A DNA stretch of 58,360 bases, filler included, from Sluysia triapertura (lineage: Eukaryota), in NCBI GenBank assembly GCA_046118255.1. It is 4 parts of 4 records of this genome, joined end to end, with 100 filler letters (N's around TTAATTAATTAA, not from the genome) between each part and the next. Parts side by side here need not be neighbours in the genome. Positions count along the whole stretch, not along the records: positions 1 to 12,192 come from JBJNIA010130293.1; positions 12,293 to 35,633 come from JBJNIA010206258.1; 2 more parts are not named here. The stretch is one strand, 5' to 3'. Positions 10,606-24,926 of this stretch are shown one piece after another; positions within the stretch are counted from its first letter, which is position 1; every line of letters starts with the position of its first letter. Below the pieces are notes generated by a model that searched no databases, was not told the DNA's origin, and saw only the letters and a program-made list of their open reading frames with translations. A program made the translations under genes and the position numbers.

Positions 10606-11916
10606 TAGACAATTTTTAACACTTTGAAAAATTTTGAAATTAATCTTTTTGTGAACTAGCTTTAACTTTGATTTGTATAATATTTGTAGGTCAACTTGGA
10701 TTTTCTAAAAATAGTACTATATAGTACTAACAATAATAACAATAATCATAATAACCAACAATAATAATAATAACGATAATGACAAAAGTAAAATAATAAC
10801 AATAATAAGAATAATGATAATAATAATAATAATTATTCAATATTATATTGACTACCTTTATTGAATTCAATAAACAAATTCCTATCTTGACATATTTCAA
10901 ATAATTATCATTTCTTTTTATACTTTTTGCAAATTTTGTACCCCTAGATAATACATGAAATAGTACATGATCTGAGCTCTATTCTTTGGATTTCAAAAAG
11001 TGATCATTCCTGATTTGATAAGTATAAGAAACAATGTAAATATTATATTGTTTCTATGATATAAAACTAGATTGTACATAACTTTTATAATTACGGACAT
11101 TTTCAATAAATAGGTAGATATAACAAAGATAAACAATAAAACAAGGAAGCATGTAACAGAATCATTAATTAAACTGTTAATAATTTCGAATTTTATAGTC
11201 ATATATTTAATTTTTAGAATTAAATATTAATAAATTTGAAAAAAAACAAAAATAAAGTGCTTCATTGTTTATATCAATTTTGTAATATTCACTCTCATTT
11301 AATCGTTCTACTGAATTTAAGAGGTAGTTTAAAAAGTATATGTACAATTAAAATGTAAACAATAAAAATTAAATTTTAATAAAATATCTAAATCTTAATA
11401 TACAAGAATAATAGAGTCCATAACATAAATATAAATGAAAAGTTCAAAAATGAAAAAATCTATTTTATCTATAATGAATTATTATTAATGCATTTCTTTA
11501 TATTTTACAATATATACTAAATACAATTTAATTATTACTTTAATTAAATAATTCATTCAAAACTACCTTATCTGTTTTGATTTAGTAATAAATATTTTTA
11601 CATACGTATACAGCTAATCATCAACTTACAACCAACTTCGATTACGACTATCCAATCATAGCCAAACTAATTGTAAATCAACCATTGTAGAGTACAGTAA
11701 AAATACCATATTATTCAATATGTGGTCAAAGATTTGTGCTGTTATGCTAAATCATAACTCAGGACTTTATCATCATCACCATCATTATAATTATTATTAT
11801 CATTATTATTATGTGTTGATAATAGTAATGGCCTAAACTAATCGGTCGTAAGTCGACGAATAACTGGATGTCGCTAAATATATAAAATGAAAAGATGAAC
11901 ATTGCAAAAATAATTT

Positions 11917-12192
11917 TTATTTAATCTTATCAAATAAGTAACGACACCATGCAAGACCAGCTAATGCCAAAGAAGCAACTCTTGCAAAATTCGAAAAGCT
12001 AGAACTGTCTGATTCGTTTCGTTTTTCACTTATGAAATTCTGAAGTCCTCTCCATCCATCACGTTTTTCCATCCAAAACCATAATTTTTTATCTATGTAT
12101 TCAACTGAAATTCTTAGATAATGTATAACACGACTGTCAAGACCCTTATTGAGTGCTTTGCATGACATTTCACTTAGAAAACCTATCATTGA
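11917..12192 (-). CDS. Bcl-2 family protein (Bax/Bak-like), 3' part, truncated by contig end
   Basis: BH2-like KLWFWMEKRDGWRGL, then a C-terminal hydrophobic anchor (VASLALAGLAWCRYLF) and basic tail. Confidence 0.8.
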   Translation of the reverse strand, partial: SMIGFLSEMSCKALNKGLDSRVIHYLRISVEYIDKKLWFWMEKRDGWRGLQNFISEKRNESDSSSFSNFARVASLALAGLAWCRYLFDKIK

Positions 12193-12292
12193 NNNNNNNN
12201 NNNNNNNNNNNNNNNNNNNNNNNNNNNNNNNNNNNNTTAATTAATTAANNNNNNNNNNNNNNNNNNNNNNNNNNNNNNNNNNNNNNNNNNNN
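12193..12292. other. Artificial contig-joining spacer
   Basis: N44-TTAATTAATTAA-N44. The 12-mer puts stops in all six frames. Confidence 0.97.
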
Positions 12293-12383
12293 TAAATTGT
12301 AAAGCCGGTGATCAGCAACTCGGATTATAATCAGTTCCAAATGATGCCAACGTAGGTTGAATGCTTCAAAAATCAGTTAATTA

Positions 12384-12487
12384 CGTTCCAATAAATTGTT
12401 CCAATAAATCGTTCCAATAAATCGTTTCAATAAATCGTTCCAATAAATCGTTCCACTAAATCGTTCCAATAAATCGTTTCAATAAAT
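12384..12487 (+). repeat. Tandem minisatellite, 8 x 13 bp (CGTTCCAATAAAT)
   Basis: Read directly, with single-base variants between units. Confidence 0.95.
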
Positions 12488-13435
12488 CACTGAATCGAAA
12501 ATCACTTTATTTTTAGACTTCTGTCCACTTTATAAACTGTGTTTTGTAATTTTTTTTTGTTAACGCTTTTATACTCTTGAATATCCGATTAAGATATCCG
12601 TAGTTTATAAAATAAAATATCAACAAAACAATGTAAATAACAGTATCCGCCTATATTCCCCAAAATAAACAAATAAATAAATAAATTTATACTATATCCG
12701 CTTAAAATAAACAAAGATAGATTGTCATCATTTCACAATAAAATAGATTATGAAATAAATAAACAAATCTATACCATATCCGCTCAAAATAAATAAAGAT
12801 AGATTGTTACTATTTTACAATAAAATAGATTATGTTATTATTTTATAGATTATTATTATTGAAATATTTATCATTATTATTATTATTATTAATTATTATA
12901 TTTATACATTAAATTATTTTAAATTATAACAATTATTTCAATTTATTTAAAACTTATTCTTTCTTATGTACATATTCGTTCGGATATATTATTTACATAT
13001 TATTTACATTTTACACGGTACGAATTAACCGTGTTAAACGAGGGTTGCCTGTATTAATATTATTTTTTTGAGTAAAATTATGAGTTTTCTGAATAGGTTG
13101 TGATGACAGCCTAAAGGAGTATAATAAAATTACTTAGACGCAGATTTTTCAATAGGCTTAAATTTCCATTATGTGAAGCATCACATGAATATTACAATAC
13201 ACTGCTACGTAGTTAGTGAAAAAACTTTTAGGTATTAGAAAAATGTTACGATCACTAACATGACCAGCTAATTTCGGAAATATTGCTATACGTGATAGGT
13301 AGGAAACCTAATCGTTATTGCACAAAATAAAATTATTTATTGCTTACGTCTTATAATACAGTAGTATATTTTATATCATTTAAATTAATTAAATTTATAC
13401 AAATAAATATTTACGCAATGGTATAATAAATTTCA

Positions 13436-13612
13436 ATTAAGCGTGACATAATATTTTTGATTAATCACTGCATTGATTGCTAAAGAGGATTTACTTTGAA
13501 AATAAAAACAATTTTTTAATAATGTTTAATACTAAATTTTATTTAAGCATGACGCAATGTTTTTATAAATAACTGCATTAGTTGCTAAAGAGGATTTACT
13601 TTGAAAATAAAG
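13436..13612 (+). repeat. Direct duplication upstream of CAD
   Basis: ACTGCATT..TTGCTAAAGAGGATTTACTTTGAAAATAAA occurs twice about 105 bp apart. Confidence 0.8.
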
Positions 13613-13858
13613 AATACAATTTTTAAAATGTTTAAATATTTAGCATTTAGTCTTTAAACAATGCTTCAGCCATTAATTTTTTATATTCTGCATATAAATA
13701 TCTTTAATGAATTGAAATGTATTGCATAACACAGACATAATAAACATAATCGGAATGCTTATTTTTTCTAATTTCATATATATATATTTTAATTCTATAT
13801 AAGTTTTAATCTGTTTATCTAAATAATTTCTTTTCAGTTATACATATTTAGAAGAGAA

Positions 13859-16800
13859 ATGAGAGGTGTACTGATTTTATCAAACGGTTTGCGTTTTTAC
13901 GGGTCTTTGTTTGGCTCTAATACAAGAGGTATAGGTGAAGTAGTCTTTCAAACAGGTATGGTAGGTTATGTTGAAAGTCTGTCTGATCCTTCTTATAAAA
14001 GTCAATTATTAATTCTAACGTATCCTATTATTGGCAACTATGGTGTACCTCTGAAAGGTGTGAGTGATGAATGGGGCTTAGAAAAGTTTCTTGAATCTAA
14101 TCAAATATACCCATCAGGTATAATAGTTAATGAATATAGTACTGAGTTTTCGAATTGGTCTGCTATAAGTACGCTTGGAGAATGGTTGAAACAAGAAAAA
14201 GTTGTGGGCATATGTGGAATTGATACTAGGCATTTAACAAAAATAATTCGTGAAAAAGGTTGCATGACTGGTGTTATAATGCCATATGAAGATGACACAA
14301 TACTTCCAACAATGGAAACCCATCCAGACTTATTTGAAGATCCAAATAAAAGGCATTTAGCATTAGAAGTATCAAAAAAAGGCAGCAGAATTTTCAATAA
14401 AGGTGGCCTTGTTAAAATTTGCATAATTGATTGTGGTATTAAATATAATCAAATTAGGTGCTTTTGCAAATATGGTGCAGAGGTAATATTTAAATATGAA
14501 TATCGTTTTTAGTAGTATTGTAATATTTTATAGTATTTACATATGTATTGTTTTTAGGTGACGGTTATTCATTTGGAAGCTGATGTGGATCCTTGTGATT
14601 ATGATGCATTGTTTATAAGTAACGGTCCTGGTGATCCAATGAAATGTACAAAAACAATAAACACAATACGGAGCTGGCTTGCAACTAAGAAACCTTTAAT
14701 GGGAATTTGTTTGGGTCATCAACTATTGTCTTTAGCAATTGGTTGTACTACTTATAAAATGAAATACGGTAATCGTGGTCATAACCAACCTTGTAGTCAT
14801 GTTCCAACTAACCGCTGTTATATGACCTCACAAAATCATGGTTTTGCAGTTGATTCAAAATCAATACCATCGGAATGGCGTGAATTATTTTACAATAAAA
14901 ATGATAAGTCAAATGAAGGTATTATTCACAAAACACTTCCGCAGTTTTCCGTTCAATTTCATCCAGAACACATGAGTGGTCCAACAGATACTGAATTTCT
15001 ATTTTCTGTCTTTATTTACTACACAAAAGAACATTTTAAAAACAAAACAAACCTAACTTTTGATGAAATACTTACAAAAAGATTGACATATTCACCAAAT
15101 CTTCACGAAGATAACTTAATTAATTTACTGTCAAATAAACCAAAAAAAGTTTTAATCTTAGGTTCTGGTGGCTTATCGATCGGACAAGCCGGTGAATTTG
15201 ATTATTCTGGTTCTCAAGCATTAAAAGCACTTAATGAAGAAGGTATACAGACAGTTTTAGTTAATCCAAATATTGCTACTGTTCAAACAACATCTACAAT
15301 AGCAGATAAAAGTTATATGGTTCCAATTACAAAAGAATATGTAACAGATGTTATAAAAATGGAACGTCCAGATGGTATTTATTTAACTTTTGGTGGCCAA
15401 ACAGGACTAAATTGTGGTATTGAACTTGAAAGTGATGGTATTTTAAAAGAATATAATGTAACTGTTCTTGGTACACCTGTAAAAACTATAAAGTGGACTG
15501 AAGATAGACAACTTTTTGCTGAAAAATTAGACGAAATCGGTGAAAAAGTAGCACCATCTATTTCAGCTTGTAGTGTTACTGAAGCTGTTAATGCAGCTAA
15601 TAAATTAGGTTATCCTGTAATGATAAGAGCTGCTTTTGCATTGGGTGGTTTGGGTTCTGGTTTTGCAGAAAATAGTAATGAAGTTGTTGATTTAGTTACA
15701 GTTGCTCTAGCACACACAACTCAAGTGTTAATTGATAAATCATTAAAAGGTTGGAAAGAAATTGAATACGAAGTTGTAAGAGATGCTTATGATAATTGTA
15801 TTACAGTTTGCAATATGGAAAATATAGATCCTTTGGGTATTCATACAGGAGAATCTGTAGTGGTATCTCCAAGTCAAACATTAACGAATTATGAATATAA
15901 TATGCTTCGTACATGTGCTATTAAAATAGTAAGACATTTGGAAGTGGTTGGTGAATGTAATATTCAATATGCTCTTGATCCTGTTTCTCATCAGTATTAT
16001 ATAATTGAGGTTAATGCTCGTTTATCGCGTAGTTCTGCATTGGCCAGTAAGGCTACAGGTTACCCTTTGGCATATGTGGCTGCCAAATTAGGTTTAGGTT
16101 TATCACTACCTGAACTGAAAAACTCTGTCACTCAGACAACAACTGCTTGTTTCGAACCGAGTTTAGATTACTGCGTCGTTAAAATACCTCGTTGGGATTT
16201 AAGTAAATTTACAAAAGTTTGTAATAAGATTAGCACTCAAATGAAAAGTGTAGGCGAAGTTATGGCAATTGGTGTAAGCTTTGAAGAAGCCTTTCAAAAA
16301 GCGTTACGAATGGTAGATGATTGTTGTGGCTTTGATCCGTACATAGAAACGTTTAATAGTGATGAAGATTTATCGATACCAACAAATCGTCGTATGTTTT
16401 TATTGGCTTCTGCTCTGAGAAAACATGTTCCTGTCAAACGAATTTATGAATTAACTAAAATCGATAAATGGTTTCTTTATAAATTTGCAAAAATAATCAA
16501 TTGCCTTGAACAGTTAGAATCGATTTCATATACTGATTTGAAATGTGATTTATTAAAAGAGGCTAAAAGGTTGGGTTTTAGTGATCAACAAATTGCAATT
16601 TCTGTCAGAACAAGCGAAAAAAATATTTGCAGCTTACGTCAAGATAATCACATTGAACCTAAAATTCGACAAATTGATACTGTTAGCGCCGAATGGCCTT
16701 GTTTTACTAATTATCTTTATTTGAGCTATAGTGGTTTATATAATGATATTAAACCTGAATCCAATTTTATCATGGTACTCGGTTCTGGTGTTTATCGAAT

Positions 16801-19800
16801 TGGATCCAGTGTTGAATTTGATTGGTGTGCAGTACAGTGTATCAAAGAATTACAGAAATTGTCGTATAAAACTATCATGGTCAATTGCAATCCAGAAACA
16901 GTGTCGACAGATTTTGACATGTGCGATCATTTATATTTCGAGGAAATTTCATTTGAAACTGTTGTAGATATTTTTAAAATTGAAAATCCACGAGGTGTTA
17001 TAGTTAGTATGGGTGGTCAATTGCCAAATAATATTGCAATGAGTTTGTACAGAGAAAAAATACCGATTTTCGGTACTAGTCCACTTTGTATTGATAATGC
17101 TGAAAATAGATTTAAATTTTCTCGTATGCTAGATTCAATAAACATTAGTCAACCATTATGGAAAGAATTAACTAATTATGAATCTGCCATTGGATTTTGT
17201 AACGATGTTGGCTATCCGTGTTTAGTAAGACCGAGTTATGTACTGTCAGGTTATTAGTGCTATTTATATGCTTTATTTAATTTATGCATTACATTTTTAA
17301 TGAAATTTGATGTTTAATTATCTTTACCCGTCTTTTAATTAACACATTATGAGCGGGTATTCTTAAGTGACAGTACATAAAACGGGTACTAATACCCGCC
17401 CCGTTCATAATGTGTTAAATGATGTTCCCAATGGAACTTTTAACTTCTCATTCAGCGGAGGTAGAAGTGCGGTTTACGGTATGAATTCCAACCTGTAAAA
17501 CCAAATTTTGCCAATATTTAAAGTTTGTAAAAGGCAATAGAATATTGTTTAACACTTTGACTGTTGCCACACCCTTATTAAAGACAATAACTAATCACTC
17601 AGCTTCTTTCTTACTAAAAATTGTATCTTTAAGGCTGCTAAAAGACCTAATTTAGATTGTTTGTTCAGTAAAATACTTGCCGAATGTTTCGAACCATTAG
17701 GGATCTTGATAATCATCAGGAACAACGAATTTTTTGTGATAAGCCTTCCTGCTCATTTGAATACTTGTCTCCAAGCATCATCGCTTATATATAGAACTCT
17801 GATATTTTAACATCATGAAACATGATGCGAAATCCAAAATATTTTTGTTTAAAGTCGATAAGGACGATCTTTTCTTTAGTTTGAAGGAGTTGTTTGATAT
17901 TTGTTATCAATATAAAGTTAAATTGCATTAATTTATGCTATTTGTTAGAATTAAATTTGTGGGTGTGCCGTGTATGTTTTCCAAATTCTAAAAAGAGTTT
18001 CATCTTGGAACATTCAATTTCAAAACCGAATTATTAAAATAATATAAAATTAAAATTGTTTCCTAAAGTGATTTGTTAAATATCCTTAAAATGTAAAGAA
18101 TAAGTTTTCTGCTATACATTGAAAATGATTTATTGATATAGTTAGTAGTAATTATTCGTTTTTCTTAACAGGTGCTGCTATGAACGTGGCTTTCACGGAA
18201 TCAGATTTAAAGGAATATTTGCAACAAGCAAGTGCGGTAAACAAAGATCATCCTGTTGTTATTAGTAAATTTATCGAAGACGCCAAAGAGATTGATGTAG
18301 ATGGTGTTGCTTGTGAAGGTATTTTGATGAAATGGGCCGTTTGTGAACATTTGGAAAATGCTGGTGTTCATTCTGGAGATGCAACTTTGATGACGCCTCC
18401 TCAAGATCTTAATGAAGAAACTCTTTGTAAAATTCATCGTATTGCAAAAGAAATAACACGTGAACTGAAAGTTAGTGGACCATTTAATATGCAATTAATT
18501 GCAAAGGATAATAATTTGTTAGTAATCGAATGTAATTTACGAGTTAGTCGATCGTTTCCATTTGTGTCCAAAGCACTTGATTGCAATTTGATTGCCTTAG
18601 CTACTCGAGCAATTATGAACGAAAAAATAGAAAATTCCGACACTAAATTATTGCAAGGTTCTGGACGTAAAGTAGCTGTAAAATGTCCAGTATTTTCATT
18701 TTCTCGCCTTCCCGGTGCTGATGTGTTATTAGGTGTTGAAATGAATTCAACAGGTGAAGTGGCTTGTTTTGGTCGTGATCGTTATGAAGCCTTTTTGAAG
18801 TCCTATTTATCACAAGGTGGAAAAATACCACAAAAATCTGCTACTATATTTCTCAGTATAGGCAGTTACAAACATAAAAAAGAACTATTAAGCAGTGTTA
18901 AAATTTTGGCAAAACTCGGTTATTGTTTATTGGGTAGTATTGGAACTGCCGATTTCTATCGCGAATGTGGAATTAATATTCGAAGTGTCGATTGGGCAAA
19001 TGAACATAATGGTAATTCTAGTAATGGAAATCTTAATGTTAGTTTGTTAATTTGTATCTTATAATTTTTGGATGTGTATATTTCAAGTATAAAAATTAAT
19101 TTTAATGTTTCAGGCTTTATTATTATTAAGTAAATATATTGCCATTTTATATAATGCTTTAACATTGATTTTATGTTGATTCGTATTGATAATTCAATTT
19201 ATTATTTAGAATATGGATAGTTTGATAAAAAATATTAGCACTCTGATATCGGAAAATAAAATCGATATGATGATTAATTTGCCAAAAAGGAACAGTGGTT
19301 TACGAAGAGCGACTGCTTTGAACACTCAAGGTTATCGCAATAGAAGATTGGCAATAGAACATGGAATTCCGTTGTTAACTAACGTAAAAATAGTAAAAAC
19401 CTGGGCATTTGCTTTAGTAGGTCGGGAGAAAAATAAAATGAATGATTCATTGACTCTTGTTGATCCGGTTATTATTATAATTATTAAAATTGTAACTACA
19501 AATTATTTTATTAATTCTTGCATAAATCAATAAAATTACACAAATCGAAATCTTTCATTCAGTACTTACTTGATTCTGATTGATTATCGATTTCTGAGTT
19601 TTATTTATTTATAAGACTTTAAAATAGTAAGTTTATTTTAATAATTTAATTTTAGGTTATTGATTGTATTACAAGTCAACGAATTGTACGTCTACCTGGT
19701 TTAATTGATGTCCATGTACATACCAGAGATCCAGGGCAAACTCATAAAGAAGATTGGATAACAGTTAGTAAAGCCGCATTGTCTGGTGGAATTACTACAA

Positions 19801-22301
19801 TTCTTGCTATGCCAAATACTAAACCGGCCATAACAGATCATATGTCATTTAAGAAAGTCAAAGAACGTGCAGCTGCACATGCACTCGTTAACTATGGTCT
19901 TTTTGTAGGTGCCAGTGAAACTAACTTCGAATTTTGGGAAAATGTTGGTGAAAATAATGATTCTTTCCCTAGTGGAAGTATTGGATTGAAGATGTATTTG
20001 AATGATACATTTTCAGATTTGAAACTAACCAAATTAGATGTATGGAGAAGACATTTAGAATTGTTTCCAGGTCCGCAACCAATTTGTTGTCATGCAGAAG
20101 GCCAAACAATGGTTGCTATTATTTTTTTAGCGAAACTAAGCAATAGATCAATTCATATTTGTCATGTGTCTAGTAAAGAAGAGATTGAATTAATTCGTGA
20201 CGCCAAACGAGATGGTATTAAAGTGACATGTGAAGTAGCACCACATCATTTATTTTTGACAGAAAATTCTGAATTTTATAAAAAACACGAATCGTTTAAA
20301 AAAGTTAAACCACCTCTTCGTACTTCCGAAGATGTGAAAGCTCTTTGGGAAAATTTAGATGTGATAGATTGTTTTGCTACTGATCATGCACCTCATACAG
20401 TTGAAGAAAAATCAAGTTCAGAAAGTATGCCTGGTTTTCCAGGTTTAGAAACTATGTTACCATTGTTATTGGATGCACACAATAAAGGCAGAATAAGTAT
20501 GGAGGATATTATAGAGAAACTATCTACCAATCCTCGCAGAATATTCAATCTGCCTCCAGATGATTCTAACACTTGGATAGAAGTAGACCTGAACGAAAAA
20601 TGGATAGTTGGTAGCGATAAATATGAAACTAAGTGCGGCTGGAGTCCTTTTGAAAATTGGGAATTACAAGGTCGAGTTAAACGTGTAATGATGAGTGGAA
20701 CTTTGGCATATGTTGATGGCAAAACTTTGATTAAACCAGGATTTGGAAGAAACATAATGGAATTACCAAGAAAAATAGATATGGTGCCTCGAGTACACAA
20801 CAGAAAACGATTGTCATCTAGTATTAGTGTGCTGATTGAAGAAGAAAAAGTCAATTTTGTAGATTATTCTGGCGACAGAGTGAGTATTTTTAAAGTTTTT
20901 ATTAAGTGCTAAGTTTTTTATTTTTTGATATAGTAAAATATGTTTATTTTTGATGCAGGAAAATACGAATATTTGTAATTCTCAAGTTACGTCTCAAATT
21001 ATGTCTCCGAATTTAGCGTTATCAGCAAACAATGCAAGTACCGTATCGGTATTACCTACTGCTGCTTCTCACAAAATATTTAGTTTACCACCAACTAGTC
21101 CTAATAAAACTCTATTTTCGAAAATACCGATTCCATTATACTACAATCGTGATTTGACTGGACGTCATTTTCTTAGTGTTAAGAAAGTAGACAAGAGTTC
21201 TCTCAACCATCTTCTCAACTTAGCGCATTCTTTTCTGGTACAACGTTCTACAGGGCGTAACTTTGCACCGTCATCGACAGACATTCGTACATTCAACATA
21301 GCTCAGGGTAAAGTCTTAGCACTTGCATTTTTTGAACCAAGTACTCGTACATCATGTTCATTTGAAGCAGCTATGCAACGTTTAGGTGGATCTGTTTTGA
21401 AATTTCAGGAGTCAGTATCATCTGTAAAAAAAGGAGAATCATTAGAAGATTCGATTCGTATGTTAAGTAGTTATTCAAATGCTGTAGTAATTCGTCATCC
21501 AACTGTTGGAGTAATGGAAAAATTAGCTCATGTAGCTAGTTGTCCTGTAATTAGTGGGGGTGATGGATCAGGAGAACATCCGACACAAGCATTACTAGAC
21601 GTATTTACTATTCGAGAAGAATTCGGTACAGTAAACAATTTAACTATTTGTTTAGTAGGTGATTTACTGAATGGTCGAACGGTTCATAGTCTTGCTAAGT
21701 TACTGTGCTTGTATAATGTTCGAATTATGTAAGTTGTTTTTTTGTTATTTCGTTTTCTTGCACGATTCATTGGTATAATAATGAAATAAGTATTTACAAT
21801 TAAAAACAAATTTATTTCTCTTCAACTGGAAATCAGCATCCCAAGAGAATTAGTGGTATAATTTCTAAGTTGTATTATTGCTATTACAAATATTTTTTTA
21901 TTTATAGTTATGTTCCATATCATGTGGAACTATCAATGCCAACTGATGTAATGGAGTATGTGCAAAATAGAGGTATTCAACAACAAGTGTGTTCCAGATT
22001 AGAAGTTGCTCTTAACGATGCCGATGTAATTTATATGACTCGATTGCAACGAGAAAGATTGTCTCATTTTACTGAAAAACAGCGTGAAATCGTTGAATCT
22101 AGTGTAATTCAGTTTTGTATCCGACCGGAATTGATGCAGAAGGCTAAGCAGAAATGCATAGTAATGCATCCATTACCACGTCTCGATGAAATCGATACAT
22201 CTTTTGATTTGGATACTCGAGCTGCTTATTTCAGGCAAGCGGAATACGGATTGTATATTCGAATGGCATTATTGGCTACTATATTATCAGCTTCTCAATG
22301 A
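13859..22301 (+). CDS. CAD: CAD trifunctional protein (glutamine-dependent carbamoyl-phosphate synthetase / dihydroorotase / aspartate transcarbamylase), ~2275 aa. Exons 13859-14482, 14558-17249, 18172-19037, 19210-19467, 19656-20879, 20959-21728, 21908-22301
   Basis: GATase GICLGHQ and [29 protein letters not shown] and GSSVEFDW. DHOase DVHVH, GLKMYLN and ATDHAPH. ATCase FEPSTRT, HPTQ and MHPLPR. All six introns are GT-AG with compatible phases. Confidence 0.97.
17339..17418. mobile_element. 80-bp TTAA-flanked MITE (piggyBac-like) in CAD intron 2
   Basis: TTAA-CACATTATGAGCGGG...CCCGTTCATAATGTG-TTAA terminal inverted repeats. Confidence 0.75.
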
Positions 22302-22594
22302 ATAAGGCTTTAATATGTAGTTAGTTAATATTAGTCAATAATATATCTCTATTGATTTAGTTTTTCTGTTTATAGTTAACTGTTTATTTGGATATTACAA
22401 GTTTTATTTTTACTGGGTCAAATATTGCAATGTAACAATTACCACTAGAGCTGGTTAATTGGTATTGTTGGATTTAAGTTTTATCGAAATTTAATGTTTC
22501 AACTTGTAATTATGAATTATCGTGGGTAATTTTGACTCGTTTTGCAGTTGCTATTAGAAACAATAAAAATTAATGGCTATCAAAATTAAAATGT

Positions 22595-22895
22595 TAGATA
22601 TTTTCTTGTCTATAGGCCGCGGGCTATACATTGAAAGTGTATTTTTGTGGTGCGGATTATAGTTTAGAAATTTATTTTATTGATCCTAAAGAAACATTAA
22701 TTTTCTAAGGAATCTAATGTTGTCTACAATCAAAAACAATATAATTTAAAGAGAAACCTTTAAATTGTAATTAAATTTATATTTATTTGGTGATATCAAA
22801 GATTTTTTTTGTATGTGCGGATTATATTAAAAAAAGTTGATTTTTATAATGCGGACTATATATTAAGTGCGGATTATACACAAGAAAATACGGTA
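22595..22895. mobile_element. Tc1/mariner-pogo (Tc2-like) MITE
   Basis: Right end GCGGATTATACACAAGAAAATACGGTA is inverted to left TATTTTCTTGTCTATAGGCCGC. GCGGAYTATA subterminal motif repeated internally. Confidence 0.65.
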
Positions 22896-24926
22896 TTTAA
22901 TACTAATGCTAAAATAAACGAAATATAACGCACTTAATTGTTTTAAATTTGTAATAGTATCAAGACGATGCAAACATGATTTAAAACTGTATATAATGTG
23001 TTTTCCCATAAAAATATCCGTTTTCAACAAAACAATTTAAATATAGACTTAAATAGAAATTCGGTTTGTCACAGATTATAAAATTATAAATTCAAAACAT
23101 TTGGTTTGTTTGCATTCAGAGATTTTAGTATATAAATCTTTTAATCTCTATAACAGTTACTCTGCTGTGCACAAAAGAAGTAATATTTACCGAAAGACAC
23201 GACAAAAGATCGTGTCATTGTGATGAAACTTTAAAATAATTGAAAAAAGTAATAGATCAAACATAATACGAATTGAAATATTAACAAGAGTCAGTAAAAT
23301 TAGTAAGTGCTACCTAATGTTGAAAGAGTGGATGCGCTTATTCAGTCTGTGATCGTACTACCAATTATATTCTATCTATGGCTAAAAGAAATCTAGCAGT
23401 GAAAATGCTTGCTTTACAAATGGTATTTTTACAAATTTGAGTATCAAACACAACTAATTTTATAATCTTCATGATATGCATAAATATTCTCTAATGTTTA
23501 ATGAGACATTTTAAGAGTTAGGTGAAATCTAAAATTAAATTAATAATAAAAAATAATTCCACATATTAATAATAACAGCAATAAAGTGGATTAACAATAC
23601 GATAAAGAAGTTGAATATAAAACATTTTTGTGTTTGTGTTATATTTTTAGGTATGATATTTTGAAATACATTTTAAGGTAAAATAAACCGATAAATGTAC
23701 ATTGGATAATTAACTTAATTAAATTAGTCGAAATAACTTTGGGTTAATATGATATATTGGAATGAATGATATATCATAATATTATTCTTAGGAAAAATTA
23801 ATGAAAATGCCTCAAAAAGTTATTAAGTGTTAATAAGTAATTACGTATCATAGAATAATCGAATAAACTAGAAACATGCAGATTGAATTCTTGTTAAAGT
23901 ACGATTACGAATCTGATATTTATTTAATCACGAAACGTATTAGCGTTGACGTATTAGGTTCATAATTATATGAGGAAATATAATGTTATAAAATGATATT
24001 TTATTAAAAAATAAATAATAGAAAAGAACGTGTTATGTAACGTTAATCAAATCAATCATTTTCAAACGATTTGTCGGATTTAATGTACGTTAGTTTGACA
24101 ATTGAATTTTGGTTTCGTGAAAACAAAGTAGTTGTGTTTTTAATGAGTTTCTTGTTAAATATAGATTACATGAATAAATGTAATTAAAATTTACGATTTC
24201 GTTACTAAATATTGGTATTGTGAATAAAGAATTATATTTAGTCTAACGTCATTGAGCAAAAAGCCGTGTATTAGATTAGAGTTTATTTTAATACATTGTA
24301 TGCGTTTTTCTCAGTCTATCACTGTAGTTCGGGTATGGTATAAATACGATGGGCTTTGCATGAATGGTGTCTGTATTGCTAAGAAATGATTTGCATTGTT
24401 TCTTCCTAAAGATTTTGTTTGTCGAGTTAGTCAGTCTAGTTAATTTTACAGATTGATCAAATTCCTGCGATATTATAAAAAAAACTCCCGCTGCACTCGT
24501 AAGTTCGCGGCTAAGTGTTGATATACGATATTGGTTAGTTTTTACTTCGTTTAGAATTAGTTCCAATGATTTAATATTTTGGAACATTACGGTTTTGAAT
24601 CATTGCCATGGTGTAATGTTATGTTAATAATAGTTAATTATTAATTAACAGTTATTTAATTTCTAATTTAACATTAATAAAATATCCTTGATTCATTTTA
24701 GTTTTAAAATGGAAATATTTCAGTTTTTGTTGAAAATTTGTTCGTCTAAAGTTTGTCAAAAGTTATTTGATCGGTAATTTAATATTTATTGGTAGTAACA
24801 TTTATTAGGGATATTTTGCTTTTACTTTGATAAGTTATTAATTGTATTAATAGTGGAAATGAGAGTATAATAGCAGTAAATCTTATTTTGATTTTCTGAG
24901 CTTTTAATTTATAAGTTATTAAAGTG

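Noticed and set aside
14101-20854. Antisense and alternative-frame ORFs overlapping CAD (14101-14424, 16731-16967, 18207-18831, 20393-20854)
   Set aside because: Shadow frames of the CAD coding sequence.
13859-22301. Bacterial-style carA-carB-pyrC-pyrB operon
   Set aside because: The ORF breaks coincide with in-phase GT-AG introns, so it is one fused eukaryotic gene.
22505-22530. EML HELP-motif exon (YRG)
   Set aside because: Only a 3-residue match, the context does not fit WVYGYRG, and it lies in the probable CAD 3' UTR.
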